A stretch of DNA of 41,671 bases from Bigelowiella natans CCMP2755 (Eukaryota > Protista > Cercozoa): positions 1 to 41,671 of the forward strand of contig ADNK01000889.1 in assembly GCA_000320545.1 (NCBI GenBank). Reading direction: 5' to 3'. Each line of letters starts with the position of its first letter. The stretch's first letter is position 1. This document shows positions 1-13,196 of this stretch, one piece after another. Below the pieces are notes generated by a model. It was given only the letters and a program-made list of their open reading frames with translations. It was not told the DNA's origin and made no database searches. A program made the translations under genes and the position numbers.

Positions 1-32
1 TCTCTCTCTCTCTCTCTCTCCTCTGTTTATAG

Positions 33-305
33 GAGGAGCGGACAATATCGTAACGTATTCCACGCAGGTTACAACTTTTTGTTGAAAAGTATAAATGCAT
101 ATGTAGCTCTAGAGCATTCATCATGTGATAGTAACGGGGGAGAAGGGCAGCGCCGACAGCGGTATGAACGGCGTGAAGAATATTTCGAACATTATTGATC
201 TATTTTCAGGCTATAAAATACTGCAGGAGAGGGGCGTCCCCGGGCTGGTAGAAGACAGACAATATACCCCTTTTTATTCCTTCCTCCCCTCCCCGCTCTT
301 TATAT

Positions 306-350
<45 letters not shown>

Positions 351-1708
351 TACTCATTTTCCGTCTCCATTTTGCAGTAGCCCCCCCTCCCCCCTTCTTT
401 CGATGCAATGCATAATATGACGACGGTCGCCGTCATGATCTCTCCCGCCATTCCCGTCCTCCATCCCCTTTGCCACCATCATTCACCACCACTGCGCCAT
501 TTCCTTTCAGTTTCAAGGATTTGTGAGCAACGGGTGGAGGTTCGTCCCTGGCAGGTATTAGCTGAGACCGTGTTACGACAAAAGTCATGTCAATTCCGAA
601 ACCCTCCCCCCCCCCCCTGCCCTTCTCTGTCCCTATCCACCATACACACATAATCATGCTTTGTGCAGGGCAGTGTACTTCTCGGCCTACGATAGCGCGC
701 TGGGTTATTTGAACGGAAGGAGCAATAGCTCCCGCTCCTCCTCACCTGGGGAATCGCTGAAGAGCAGCAGGCCGCCGCCCCCGCCCCTGTATCACTGCTT
801 CTTAGCAGGGGGATTTGCGGGAGGAGTCGCTTGGTAATGTTGCTGCTGCTGCTGTTCTCGCCAAGCCCATATCCACATAATATGTAGCAATACATGCATT
901 TGTTAAGAACAATATCCCTTCCTTTCCGTAATAATCTTGCTTCCATCCATCAGGCTGAGCACCTACCCTTTCGACGTCATCAGGAACCGCATGCAGGTAG
1001 GAGGAGAGTAAGAAAGAGAGAGGGGGGGAAGCTGGAGAGTAGGGACAGCATGAATCGTTGCCTCATATCATCGTAACCCAACAATTCGTGACTTCATCAA
1101 TTTTCCATCCCACATAAATTTTTTTCAGGCGGATGCTGCGGACCCTCGACTTCGCAAATACAGAAATATGTGGCATTGCGCTTATGAAATAGGTCGGTCG
1201 CGCGCGCGCGCGTTCTTCCAGAAAGAATGAAATTCCTCCTCGTCACTGCTTTTGCATCCACTGAATTGGGAGATGGGTTCGACATGAAGTAGTAGGATGT
1301 GTCTTGCCTCCGCTTCTCTGTTTTCTCCGTCATCACCCTCCTTATCCTCTTCCTCTTCCTCCTCCTCCTCTATGTCCTGCTCCTGGGCTGATGTCAGCGG
1401 CGCAAGAGGGGTTCCACGGCTACTTTAAAGGACTCACTGTGTGCCTCATCCGAGCTATCCCGGTTATTATCTTATGGATATGTAGAAGCAACATCGACTT
1501 CTTTTTTAGCTCCCCGTTTGCGTGAGCCCTGCCCGCATGTGGGGACAGACACCCATTTTTGATTCGCTAACTCATGCTGAAAAACATCTTGTGTGAGTAT
1601 GCATCTGATGACGAATAATTGTTTTTGGGAAAATCACAATTAACAACAAACAAGGTGAATGCGTGCATCTTCACGACGTACACGGCTGCGATTAGGGCAA
1701 TGGAGTAG
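33..1708 (+). CDS. Mitochondrial carrier family (SLC25) protein, 3' part; carnitine/basic amino acid carrier-like; 5' end outside window
   Basis: Manual GT-AG splicing gives ...YRNVFHA|GYKILQERGVPGL|FQGFVSNGWRFVPG|AVYFSAYD...CFLAGGFAGGVAW|LSTYPFDVIRNRMQ|ADAADPRLRKYRNMWHCAYEI|AAQEGFHGYFKGLTVCLIRAIP|VNACIFTTYTAAIRAME* (stop 1706-1708). It contains the carrier signature Px[D/E]xx[K/R] and the EG..G.[F/Y]KG motif. Confidence 0.9.
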
Positions 1709-2501
1709 CTGCTTGTCTAGTTATGAAGGTTGTTACAACCTGAAAGATAAGTGGTAGGACGAATAGGACGATGATATGTTTGACGGCTCGAACGACGATG
1801 TATAGATGAAAACCCCGAGATCTTCGCTGCGCATGTGCACGAGCCGATGCGTAGTCAGAGAATCTTTCATGAACATTCAAAGCAAGCAAATAACAGTTGA
1901 CCAATGACACGCTCATGCGTAATAATTGATCAAATCTGGGCGTGCATGCATCTTGTTGTCCACGCATCGTAGTGGCAGCTGCTGTGTGTCATGGCGATTG
2001 ATTGCGATGTATCTAGGCATCTTCTAGACCTTTGACAGCTACACAGGCACGCTAGCACGAGAAGGACTAGCTAGCTAGATTCGACACGATCGATGTCATT
2101 CAATGAAAGAGCTCAAAAATTGTAGATTGTTCTTTTAATTGAACAGCCGCGGTGGCCGCTAGAAAGCCGCAGCAGAGTCTGAGCGCAAAATGACATTGCC
2201 CGTGTGCTCACATAGCGTGCTTTCACACATGCAATGATCACAAGAAACGTGTTTTCGTTCCAAGTATATTTATTTATTTTCCAACGCGAACTATTCAGTC
2301 CATTTTCTTAAAATTAGAAGGTTGTAGGTTACAACTCAAAGCAATGAGCCTGTCGCTATAATATCTTGTTTTGCTTATTGTCTATGTACATGCACGCGCA
2401 GGCTTAGCAATTACTATGCACCCGGAACTTGCTATATGTATCTGCTGCTGCTGCCTGTTGTTGCTGCTGCTGCTGCTGCTGTTGTAGCTGCTGGCGCTGC
2501 C

Positions 2502-5500
2502 TTACGAGCTGAAGGCGGCTACAGGCTCCGTCGCCTCGACTTTCTTCTCAAAGGTGAAGTGCTGCTCTTCGTCCCGCTCCTCCAGGTCGACGAGAACCTT
2601 GTCGCCGCTCGTGTACTTTCCGCGGAGGATCTCCTTGGAGAGGGGAGTCTCGATCATCGCGGTGATGACACGCTTGAGGGGGCGGGCACCGTAGGCTGGG
2701 TCATAGCCCATATCGACAAGCTTGTCCACGGCGGAGTCCGTCACCTCGAAGCTGAGCTCGCGGTCCTCCAGCCTTTCGCTCACGCGCTTGAGCTGGATGC
2801 GCACAATATCGCGCAGCTGCTCCTTGGTGAGCGGGTTGAACACGATGAACTCGTCCATCCGGTTGATGAACTCAGGGCGGAAGTGGTTGCGGACGGCCTC
2901 CATCACGCGCTTCTTCTCCTCGTCCCCAGTCTCGCCGGAGCCAGCCCCCAGGTTGCTCGTCATGATGATGATCGTGTTGCGGAACGATACGGTCCTCCCC
3001 TTGCTGTCCGTCAGCCGTCCATCGTCCAAGATCTGCAGAAGAAGGTTGAACACGTCCAGATGCGCCTTCTCCACCTCGTCAAACAGCACCACGCTGTAGG
3101 GGCGCCGGCGCACGGCCTCGGTCAGTTGTCCGCCCTCTTCGTAGCCGACGTATCCGGGGGGGGCACCGGTCATCCTGCTGGAGGCAAAGGAGTCCATGTA
3201 CTCACTCATGTCCAGCCGAATCATAGCGTCCTCGGTGTCGAACAGCTGCTGCGCAAGAGCCTTGCAGAGCTCTGTCTTCCCCACCCCGGTGGGCCCAAGG
3301 AACATGAAGTTGGCGAGGGGGCGGTTGGGGTCGGACAGGCCGGCGCGGCTCCTCTGCATGGCCTCGGCAACAGCTGTGACTGCCTCGTCTTGCCCCACCA
3401 CGCGCTGGTGCAGGCGGTCGCCCAGGGTCAGGATGCGCTCCATCTCGGACTGGAGCATCTTCTGCACGGGTACGCCGCTCCACTTGGACACGACCTCGGC
3501 GATGTCATCAGGAACCACCTCCTCACGGATAAGGGACATGTCGCCCAGCTCGCCCTCCGCCGCCTGCAATTCTCTCTGCAGGTCGTACCAAACGCCGTAC
3601 CGCAAGCGGGAGGCCTCTTCCAGGTTGTACTCCCGCTCAGCCTGCGCTGCAGCAACGTTGACGTCCTCCATCTTTTCCTTGATTCGGTTGATCTCTGCCC
3701 GCGACTGCTTCTCCTTGAGCCAGCGGTCGTTCAGCTCCACCTGCCTCTTCTTCAGCGTCTCGACCTGGTCCTCGAGGTCAGAGATGCGTGCCGAGCTGCT
3801 CGCGCGAATTTCGCTATTTGCCGGGCGCTTAAGCGACAGCAGTTCCATCTCATATCGCAACAAGGTTCTCTCAACCTCCTCGAGCTCGATCGGCTTGCTC
3901 GTGGCCTGTGATTGCACCTTCGAGGCAGCCTCGTCCACGAGGTCGATGGCCTTATCAGGCAGGAAGCGGTCGGCAATATATCGGTCGGAGAGCCTCACAG
4001 CCTCGATAAGGGAATCGTCAGAGATGCGGACCTTATGGAAAAGTTCATACTTCTCGCAAAGTCCTCGAAGGATCGATATGGTCTCCTCGGGTGTGGGTTC
4101 CTCCACCATCACTTGCTGGAATCGTCGCTCCAACGCTGCATCTTTCTCCATATACTGTCGGTACTCATCCACAGTCGTTGCGCCAATGCACCGTAGCTCT
4201 CCCCTCGCAAGCATGGGCTTGAGGAGATTGCCAGCGTCCATACCAGAATCGCCTGCCTTCCCTGCACCCACGATCGTGTGGATTTCGTCGATAAAGAGAA
4301 TAATGGTGCCGTCCTCCTTAACCTCATTGATCACGGCCTTGAGTCTCTCTTCGAATTCACCACGGTATTTCGCGCCAGCAATAAGCTGGCCGAGATCGAG
4401 ATTGAAGACCTTACGACCCATCAGGGCGGCGGGGACGTCGCCATCTGCGATGCGCTGAGCCAGTCCCTCCACGACAGCGGTCTTCCCCACTCCGGGCTGT
4501 CCGATGAGCACGGGGTTGTTTTTCGTCCTGCGCGATAGAATCTGGATGGTTCGGCGAATCTCCTCGTCCCGGCCAATCACAGGATCAAGCTTACCGTCAA
4601 TGGCGGCCTGAGTAAGGTCGCGTGCGTACTTATCCAAGGCCTCATACGACACCTCCGGGTTCTTTGAACGAACGGTGGAGCCACCACGCACTTCCATAAT
4701 CGTTTGCTTAACGCTAGTGTAGCTCATACCAAACTGTCCCATCAGAGCCTTTCCGATCCTCGTGTCTTTTGCGAAAGCTAGTAGCATGTGTTCCACGGAT
4801 ATGTAATCGTCTTTCATTTCCGACTTCTCTTGACGAGCTTCCTCAAGGAGCATTTCCAGAAAGCGCCCGATCATCTGCTGGTCGTAGCCGCGCACCTGGG
4901 GCTGCCGGCGCATGTAGTCGTCGAGAGAACGTGCGAAGATGTCTTTGTCGACACTCATCTTTTCGAGGACTCTTGGAACGAGTCCATTGTCCTGGTTGAG
5001 GAGCGATTTCATTAGGTGCTCTGTTTCCACGATCTGGCTAGATTGCTCTTTAGCCACATTCGGGGCATTGGCTAGAGCTTCCCACGCTTTTTCGGTGAAT
5101 TCGTCCTCGCTAATTCTTCCCATCGCATTCACTGCAAGCCCTCGACTCTTCCTAGAGGATGAGGAAAGGGAGGAGCGAGAGAATGAAGAAGGCTGTAGAA
5201 TGTCCGAGAGGCGTGGGTTTTGGAGAAGGGCATTCACGCACATGTCCACGCGATTGTTCCTTTGAGTCACTGAAGGACTGAAGAACTGCCGCTGGTGAGG
5301 CAGCGCTCCTCTTACCGTTCTAAAAGAGGGAGGATCAACCCTGCTTCTGGAAGTGCCTGCAAGACGAAGAGCTGATTCTACGTTATTGTTTGTAGTGCTG
5401 CCTCTAGAAGGGCTCAGTGCCACCAAAGAGAGGACGGCAGCCGCCACGAGTGAACCTAGACAATCATACGACATCATCAAATAAATATTGAATCCAACTT

Positions 5501-5810
5501 TCGTGACCGATCATACGTGTGGAGAACATTTGTAGGTTTATGAACAATGAAGGTTTGAAGAATTACTTAAATGGGCGGAACCACGATTCACCAAATGCGA
5601 CTTCTATTTTCAAGAGACCGTCGTTTACAATTATTAAAAAATGAATCTAGTAAAAGGGATAAAATTTCCATCTTTATTTTGCTTCCACGTCGCTAATTGA
5701 CGTTTCAGAGGGAAGGGAAGAAAAAACACACACACAATCCTTCCCTCGTGAGTTGGTTTACCTCCGACGGCCAGGAGAAATGTCTTCTGATTCCTCGTCC
5801 GATACATCAT
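2502..5810 (-). CDS. clpB: Plastid-targeted ClpB/Hsp100 disaggregase (cyanobacterial/ClpB3 type) with bipartite leader; exon 1 5810-5762, intron 5761-5456, exon 2 5455-2502
   Basis: Two AAA+ modules ([13 protein letters not shown]; [12 protein letters not shown]), a coiled-coil M domain, and a plastid-type N-domain ([10 protein letters not shown]...[13 protein letters not shown]). A short upstream exon ([16 protein letters not shown], donor G|GTAAAC) joins in frame at TCTAG|GT to [15 protein letters not shown], completing a signal peptide that is followed by an S/R-rich transit-like segment. Confidence 0.96.
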
Positions 5811-6211
5811 ATATATTGCTAGGTTCGAGTAGCTTGATTAATTTCGAGCGTTGATGTCTCTGCTACCGTGTAGGGGGGGGGGGAGGGGGAACTGCGCAAG
5901 TCCTGGAAGGTTGTTGATTCCGAAATTCTACGACCACCTAAGAGAATTGGATTGGAAAAATAAATGTACTGCACAACATCATTCGCGACATACTTAAATT
6001 TCAGAGAAATAAAAATCCCAAAAAAACATCTATTCGAAAAATAGACGTAGATTTAGGGTGTTAATAGAGATCTAGAGTGAAATTTGCAATTATTTCTACC
6101 CATTTTTCTACAGAAAAAAAATCGTACAATGCTGCTTTGTGCTTGAAGAGCCTACCCTTAAGCCAGGCCTTTCACCATGTCTGGAGTTAGCATTTGTGCA
6201 CAGAGACGAAT

Positions 6212-6229
6212 TTCCGGAGATTTCTCGAA
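6212..6229. promoter_or_regulatory. Possible heat-shock element in the clpB/OSBP divergent promoter
   Basis: TTCcgGAGatTTCtcGAA: four alternating nTTCn/nGAAn units with one mismatch, about 400 bp upstream of the proposed clpB ATG. The motif is short and could occur by chance. Confidence 0.3.
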
Positions 6230-6312
6230 ATAAACTGGAAATCAAAGACTTTTTTAGCTCATTTTTGAAAGAATTCAAAAATTCTCTGCGAACAAGGGCT
6301 CTGTTTGGTAAC

Positions 6313-8621
6313 ATGGGTAGGAGACGCGGTGAAGGAGAAACGTTCGACAGTCTAGATATCGGCGGTATTTGTAGTTTGCGACTTGACAGCTTCGCCTCAA
6401 ATTAATCAGGGTTGCTGTTTTTTGTTTACGACAACAATAGACTAGTTTTCTAAAAAGAAGAAGAGGGAGAGGGCCCAAGTTGGGCTAAATGAGGAAAATA
6501 AGGAAGGTAGAGAAATTTTTTGATGGAAATACACCATATTTTCAGAAATTTAAGGTAATGTAATTCAGAGTTTTCTATGCTGACATCTATGGGGATTATT
6601 GATAATCATCGGTGATTGTAATTTATTTTGGAACAAAAGTTCTCGTTCCTTCTCAAAATGCTCGATGATCAGGTAAGAGCCTAGGAGCAAATTCCACCTT
6701 CAGATAGAGAATATTCCCAGAATAATAATTCATTTCAATGTAGAATTATATTTATATCTTACGACATACATTGGAGATTTGTCTCGATCGAAATTAAAAG
6801 TTTAGAGAGAATACGTAGGCGTAGCCTTGATCTGAAACTTGCTCCAGGTTACCGCCTGTCCCCCCCTTCTCTCTGTCACCCTGCCATACTCTATCGGGGC
6901 AGCCATAGAGAGACGAAAACATTTCAGAGTATTCATTGACTATTTTATCAACGTTCTATCGAAACGCTCAATCTGCAATTATTAAACTGAGATCGCAGAA
7001 GTTGCGATCCGCACTGAATGCCTCTGCTGCAGACTAAGCGGAGAAAAAAAAAAGAAGAAACTCCGGAAAGTGAGGGTAGGACTGAAGCTCATATGTATTG
7101 CTTGTTTGCTTAGGGTATAAACAGACGTGATGAGCGCGAAGGAAGGAGGTGATAATGACCCTAAGAAAGTGAACCTGAAATCAATCGTTAAGCCCTGGGA
7201 TAAAGAAGAGAAATCAGAGTTCGGAGTCCCAAACGTGGAACGCGGACAGAACGGAGGATGTAGCTTCGTGGCCAAGGATGGCCTCTCCATGAATCGCACG
7301 TAATGCCACACAATAGCTTTCATAGACTCTCACTTTATCCGTCATCATTATCTTCACACGAAGACCATTCTACTAAAAACCAATCTCCTATCACCTAACC
7401 TGCCACAGGGTCGTCACTCACCTGATCAAGTCGATGGGACAGAACATCATGGAGGGAAAATCCATTATAAACATTTCGCTTCCTGTTAAAATTTTCGAGC
7501 CACGTTCCTTCCTCCAGCGAATGACTGATCATTGGGCATTTGCACCGGTATTATTCATAGCAAGTTGATAGTTTTCATTTGTGAGTATAGAGAATGGGGG
7601 GAGAAGGGGTAGACGGGGGAGAGGAAAGCTCATGATCGTGGTTTAATGAGCTTATGGTGTATAACAGCTATACATTAATAAAGCTGCTATGGCTAAAGAT
7701 CCCGTCGAACGATTCAAATGGATTATCACGTTTGTCATCTCCGGTGCGCAGCCTCTCTCAATTGTGTCATGTCCATTGACGTGTGGTTTTCGGTCATTGT
7801 TGTGCTGATGGTTTGTGATGTACGTGTATATGCGCTTTTGCTTGGCAAACTTGATTGTACACCTTGATGGCATCTAAAAACACCACCAACGCTTCTTCCG
7901 CAGGGTTGCACAACGGGTGCAGGCAGAATAAACCTTTCAACCCCATTCTCGGTGAAACCTTCCAGGCCACGTACCCTGACGGCACAAAGATATTTCTCGA
8001 GCAAATCAGCCATCACCCACCTGTGAGCCAGTACGAGCTCTTTGGTCCCAACGGAAGCTGGAAAATGTGCGGTTTCAATGAGTACAAAGCTTCTTTCCGC
8101 CCCAACGGCGTCGTCGGTGGGCAGTACGGGCCAAACCGCATAGAATTCGAGGTGAGTTATGATAACATGATGACGGCTGTTAGGCTGGGGTGCGTTGCAG
8201 GAGGAAGAATGGGGGTTGGAGGGGACTGGAGCGTGAAAAAAACCCTTGTATACCGTCGAAGTCATCATCATCATCATCATCATCATTTTCATCATCTTCT
8301 CGTTTGTACCTGAATATTGACATATGCGTGCGTGTGTGCGCGTATGTGCAGGACGGGACGGTGATTGAGTACTCGATGCCCAAGGTCTGCGTCACGGGTA
8401 TGATGATCGGAGACTGGCTATTCTACTGGACCGGCGAGATCGTGTTCAAGGTACTTTTGCGGCGGTGGATAACGCTCCCCTCGCCTCTCCATTAGGTGTT
8501 GTTTCCTCATCCATTTGTTGTTGTTGTTGGTGGCCGTTTCCTGCGATTGTAGGACTTGAAGAACAACCTTACAGCTAACATTCTCTTCGATCCAGACGCA
8601 GCACAGAGTAAGAAGAGAGAG

Positions 8622-8664
<43 letters not shown>

Positions 8665-9929
8665 GGTGAAGGAGGGACTGGCCCTTATACAATCGAGTCT
8701 CTCCCAATGCACTTTTCGTAGTCTATTGCACGAGTGTATGCTATTATACTATCATCAATATTCTTGTAATTTCAATTCTATTGCGCCCGCTGCCATACTA
8801 TTTCTCTCTCCGGTGATTGGTGTCTTCTGTGACAGGTATGGTTTCGTACGCGACATCGTTCTTCACGGCCAACTCTCCATGGTAATTCGTTTTTGGTTGC
8901 AACTGTGCTTGCGCCCGGACGAGAGTTACTGTAGAACAACAAACCGCAGAAGGAGAGACGGGCATGGGAGAAAGGGGAACGTGGTGGTTGTGGTGGTGAT
9001 TGTACAGGAGGTAAAGCTGTGCTTTGAGCTGTCCTATGGCACGCCACTGCGCACACAGTCTTTGAAAATAATGTGGAGTGCCTCCTTCTCATTCTGAACC
9101 CTTGCTCGACCTGCCTCCTTCTTTTGAATGGTAGCGACTACCTGAAGGGGTCTGTGAACAAGGGAGATAAGAAGATCCACAACATCGAGGGGTGCTGGCT
9201 AAGCAAGCTTAAGTTTGATGAGAAGGTAGGTTGGAATTAGGTCGGTCGTAGAGCAGGGACAGCTATAGATTAAAAGCATACCCTCTCAACTTCTCACCCC
9301 CTCTCCCTTCTCCCTTCCTCATCGCGTTGATATTTTACTGATTGCTTTGTCGATCACGCCAAGGTTTACTGGAGGATTCGCCAGTGGCAGACGTTTGCGC
9401 CTCAAGAGGAGGTGAGAAGAATACGATGATATGATGAGTGAAAACCACCCTGAAATTGTTCGGTTCACCAAATTTCTTTCCTTTCATTAATTTCCTTTCA
9501 TTTATTCCCTTTCATCACCGTCTTTATTGCAGGAGAATACACTACCATCACAAGCAACTAAACGCGCGGACCTTGTCGCGCTACTCAAAGGTGCACCGCC
9601 ACTAACATCTCCACCTCCGAAAGCGCAATGTGTACATTGAAAGATTATCGACTAATTGTGCATTAGGGGACATGGAGACGGCACAAACTGAAAAGAAGCG
9701 CTTAGAAGAAAAGCAGAGGAATGACCGCAAGCTAAGGTCAACTACTCAACACACCCACCCACCGACAAATACACATAGAATGGGGGGAGGGGGGGGGGTG
9801 AGAGAGAGTTCCGAGGAAGGGTTGGAAGGAGGAAGGGAGCAGGTGGATAGACCCTCCTTATTTTCTTGAATGAAATTTCGAAATTATCTTGGCAGGAAGG
9901 AACATGGCCCCCAAGATGGTGGGCACTAG
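6313..9929 (+). CDS. Oxysterol-binding protein (OSBP/ORP family), multi-exon; 5' exons uncertain
   Basis: Spliced exons give [31 protein letters not shown], the OSBP signature [43 protein letters not shown] and [10 protein letters not shown] (stop 9927-9929). The start at ATG 6313 is tentative. Confidence 0.92.
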
Positions 9930-10849
9930 CGAGGTTGCTCAAACCATCTGAGTGTGCGAGGGGGTAACCACTGCATTATTATAGTGCGTGGTATCATTCC
10001 TTATTTCCTCTGCAATTACTGGTGCATGGCTGACTAACTGCAAATGCGCATATATAATAATCATTATCTCTTGCATGTACATATATAATAAACATTTCAA
10101 GATGAAAACTAGAAATAGCCAGCAAATTAATGAACATACATTAAGGCATACACTTTAAATTTGTGCAGTGCAAAGTCCCACACGCACATATTGTATTGCG
10201 GCTGGCGACAATGGCTTCCATGAAACGCTGCGTGCACGCCGATGCACAATTATAAAAAATTATCGCAATGCGCTGGCGCATACGCCGTGACACAAGAGTC
10301 TTTATTATTTGCTTAGGTCAAATAGTAGCAATCGTAGGAAACATGTTGCTTTTCTGTGCTAGGCGGAAGTGGCGATATGCGCAGCGTCAGCACTCTATCT
10401 AGCCTAACAATGTAGCCTAGAATAAGCGTGTATAGGGATCGCATGCCTATTGTCATGCCCAATGCCTCTAGGCCTCAATAATGCGTTTCAATTTGCCAGC
10501 GTATACAAATGCGTCACACACTGAATTGCTGAGCGCGTTATGTAGCATGTGTTAATAATCTAAATAATTCATCACAGCTGGGCTGCTACACGTACCTAGA
10601 CATCTAGACATGATTCACTGATAATCATTCGCGCACATGTGACGTTCTACACACATAATCAAGACTTATTTGAATATATTCATCTGTAACATTTTCCTTG
10701 CGAACGATAAATTTTAGTTATAGGTGCTGACTTGATGTGCTCCTTCACAAAAATTTCTTTGCACTTCATTTGCACCTGACCATGGGCTGTGCGGCGGGCG
10801 GATTTCGTCGGTCATAATCCACATGTGGGACCAGCACGAACACTTATCT

Positions 10850-11437
10850 CTAAGGCTTCAGGTACTTATCGACAACCATCTGGTGTATCTTCAGGATCCC
10901 TTGATTCCAGTTAGAGACCATTTTGTCGTTCAGCTCCGATCTGAAAGTCCATGTATGCATACGTTCATTTATGTCATCTCCGAGCATCATGGCATCAAGG
11001 AAGAGGAAGGGACAGAAAACTTACCCGAAATTAGTAACAGGTTCTTTTATTTTTAGTGGTGCTGCTCCGGGAATTCCCATATCCACGCGAATACTGTCAA
11101 TGGCCATGTTCAGCCGCTCGGATGCCGCATACACCTACACGTTTGTCAAATTTCAAGAGTGAAGCGTAGTCAAGACGTCGACTGGATTCTAGAGTGAAGA
11201 GGGATACCATAGAACCTTGTGGAAATGAACTTAACCCCTCCCCCTCATTACAATACTAACAGGTATGCGTAGCCACGTAGCTATGATCCATCAACGCGAT
11301 GGAGCCTCCGAATCTTCCAGATAACCGCCTTTCAAATCTCTATTTTAAGTCTCTCCGTTTCTCCTCACCGTTAGCTTGAGGTTGGCGTAGGTGAGACCCA
11401 TGATCCCCACCCCCACTGCGAATGCCTGCAGCCTCAT
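10850..11437 (-). CDS. Small 89-aa protein resembling MICOS subunit Mic12/Mic13 (QIL1); exons 11437-11369, 11134-11025, 10940-10850
   Basis: Three GT-AG exons splice in frame: MRLQAFAVGVGIMGLTYANLKLT|VYAASERLNMAIDSIRVDMGIPGAAPLKIKEPVTNFG|SELNDKMVSNWNQGILKIHQMVVDKYLKP*. It has an N-terminal Gly-containing hydrophobic helix and a C-terminal WNxGI motif as in Mic13/Mic12. It is missed by the ORF track. Confidence 0.7.
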
Positions 11438-11632
11438 GGTTTTGCCACGGAATTTGTTGGCGCTTTGACCCACCCGATGATTTCAAATTAAATTCTGCAA
11501 AAGACTTCACAAAATATAATGAAAACAACATAATTTTACATCACGTCAAGCCTGTTATCACAATTTTAGGCGAAAAATACGTATCTTAAAAATCTGGGTT
11601 GATTCTGAGGACCAGTGCGACCCATCACCGTC

Positions 11633-12500
11633 ATGGCAAGCACAAATATTATCGAGCGGACAACCACTATGTACGGTCTCCAGGTTTGCGCGGAGATTTT
11701 TCTTCTGAAAAATGGCAAATCCTCTCGAGGCCTCCTAATATCGATAATATATGCTAATATTTTGGACTATATCGCCTTCTCAAATCCGCATCCGCCGGCA
11801 TCAGAAACCAACCCCTCCCTCCCTACCCCCCGAATCCTTACACCTGGACGGGCGACAGATGATGATCTTGCAGAGCGCCTTTGGAACCAAACAAACAGTT
11901 TTCCTGCTTTTTTGCAATGAAATAATGAGCTCTGTTTGCAGCGCGCGCGTGCCGCGGGTGGGGAGTGCGCATACATACAACATCTAAATCACAGGTGCTG
12001 AAGATGACGCTGGGAAGGAGGAGGAGGGCGATGAGAGCCAAAAAGAAGACGAAGGAGACGATGATGATCAAGACGAAGATTGCGCAGGTGATGAAGGAGT
12101 AGATGATGGGGATGCGCCACAAGGGGGGGAAGAAGATGAAGACGACGAAAAACCCGATACTGCTGCTGCTGGCGAAGGCGAGGAAGGTGCCAGCGATAAT
12201 AATAATAATAATGGCAACGAAGCAGACGCTAGAGAAGGTTCAGGCTACGATAACGACCAAGAAATGGAGCATGAAGATGAACCGCAAAACGGTGATGAAG
12301 AAGAAGACGACGATGGGGAGGAGGTTGGAGATCAGAACGTCGAAGCTGGTGAAGATGAGGAGGAGGAGGAGGAAGACGATTACGATGCAGAGTAATGAAT
12401 CAAGCCTTCTCTACTTTCTCTCGACACATGAACATAAACGAACTTGTAAACGTGGATCTTCACATGCATTGCACACGACAAATACAAACACGCACACAAG

Positions 12501-12539
<39 letters not shown>

Positions 12540-12540
12540 G

Positions 12541-12631
<91 letters not shown>

Positions 12632-13135
12632 GTATGTCTTTTAATGTAATGTCTAAACTTATGTATATATGTCGACAATCAACATCGGATCACTGATACG
12701 CACCTTCACTAAACGCTGCCAGGGACGATGGCACAGGACGGCGCAAGCTGCAAATCGAGATTCCCGAAGACGGCTATGAGGAAGGACAACAGGAAGACGA
12801 GGAGGGGGGGCAAAGCAGACGCTCGAGGAAGAGCCGTCCCCCTGGCGTTAATGTGACAATCGGAGAATTTACGGTCCACCTCCACAAGTTGGGGTTCACG
12901 ATGCACTCAAATAAACGGTAGTAGTAGTAGTAGTAGTAGCTCAGCAGCGCTTCTGCTCCATTTATTTCATACCAAATACATGCGCAAGAATAAATAGATA
13001 AGCAATAGATACACAAACACACAAAGAGAGGGGGCGGGGGGCGGGGGGCGGGGGGGAAATGAATAAATTATATGTAGAAGTGGGTATCTTCTCCGAAGAA
13101 CACACGTTAGAGAGTGTGACGATTCGCAATAATTC

Positions 13136-13196
<61 letters not shown>

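Noticed and set aside
2436-4458. Long plus-strand ORFs (491 aa and 420 aa) antisense to clpB
   Set aside because: Shadow ORFs caused by high GC3 and codon bias in clpB; no recognisable domain.
5456-5480. ORF-track start MMMSYDCL for ClpB
   Set aside because: Begins at TTG and lies in the probable intron; the upstream exon gives a better signal peptide with canonical splice sites.
6405-6510. Possible MGCC..SKKKKR lipidation-type N-terminus for the OSBP
   Set aside because: GGTTGCTGT and the FSKKKKR exon are suggestive, but I could not join them to an ATG with canonical in-frame splice sites.
12395-12678. ORFs reading YIYIYI, ERERER, SLSLSL or HTHTHT here and throughout the window
   Set aside because: Translations of intronic microsatellites, not proteins.
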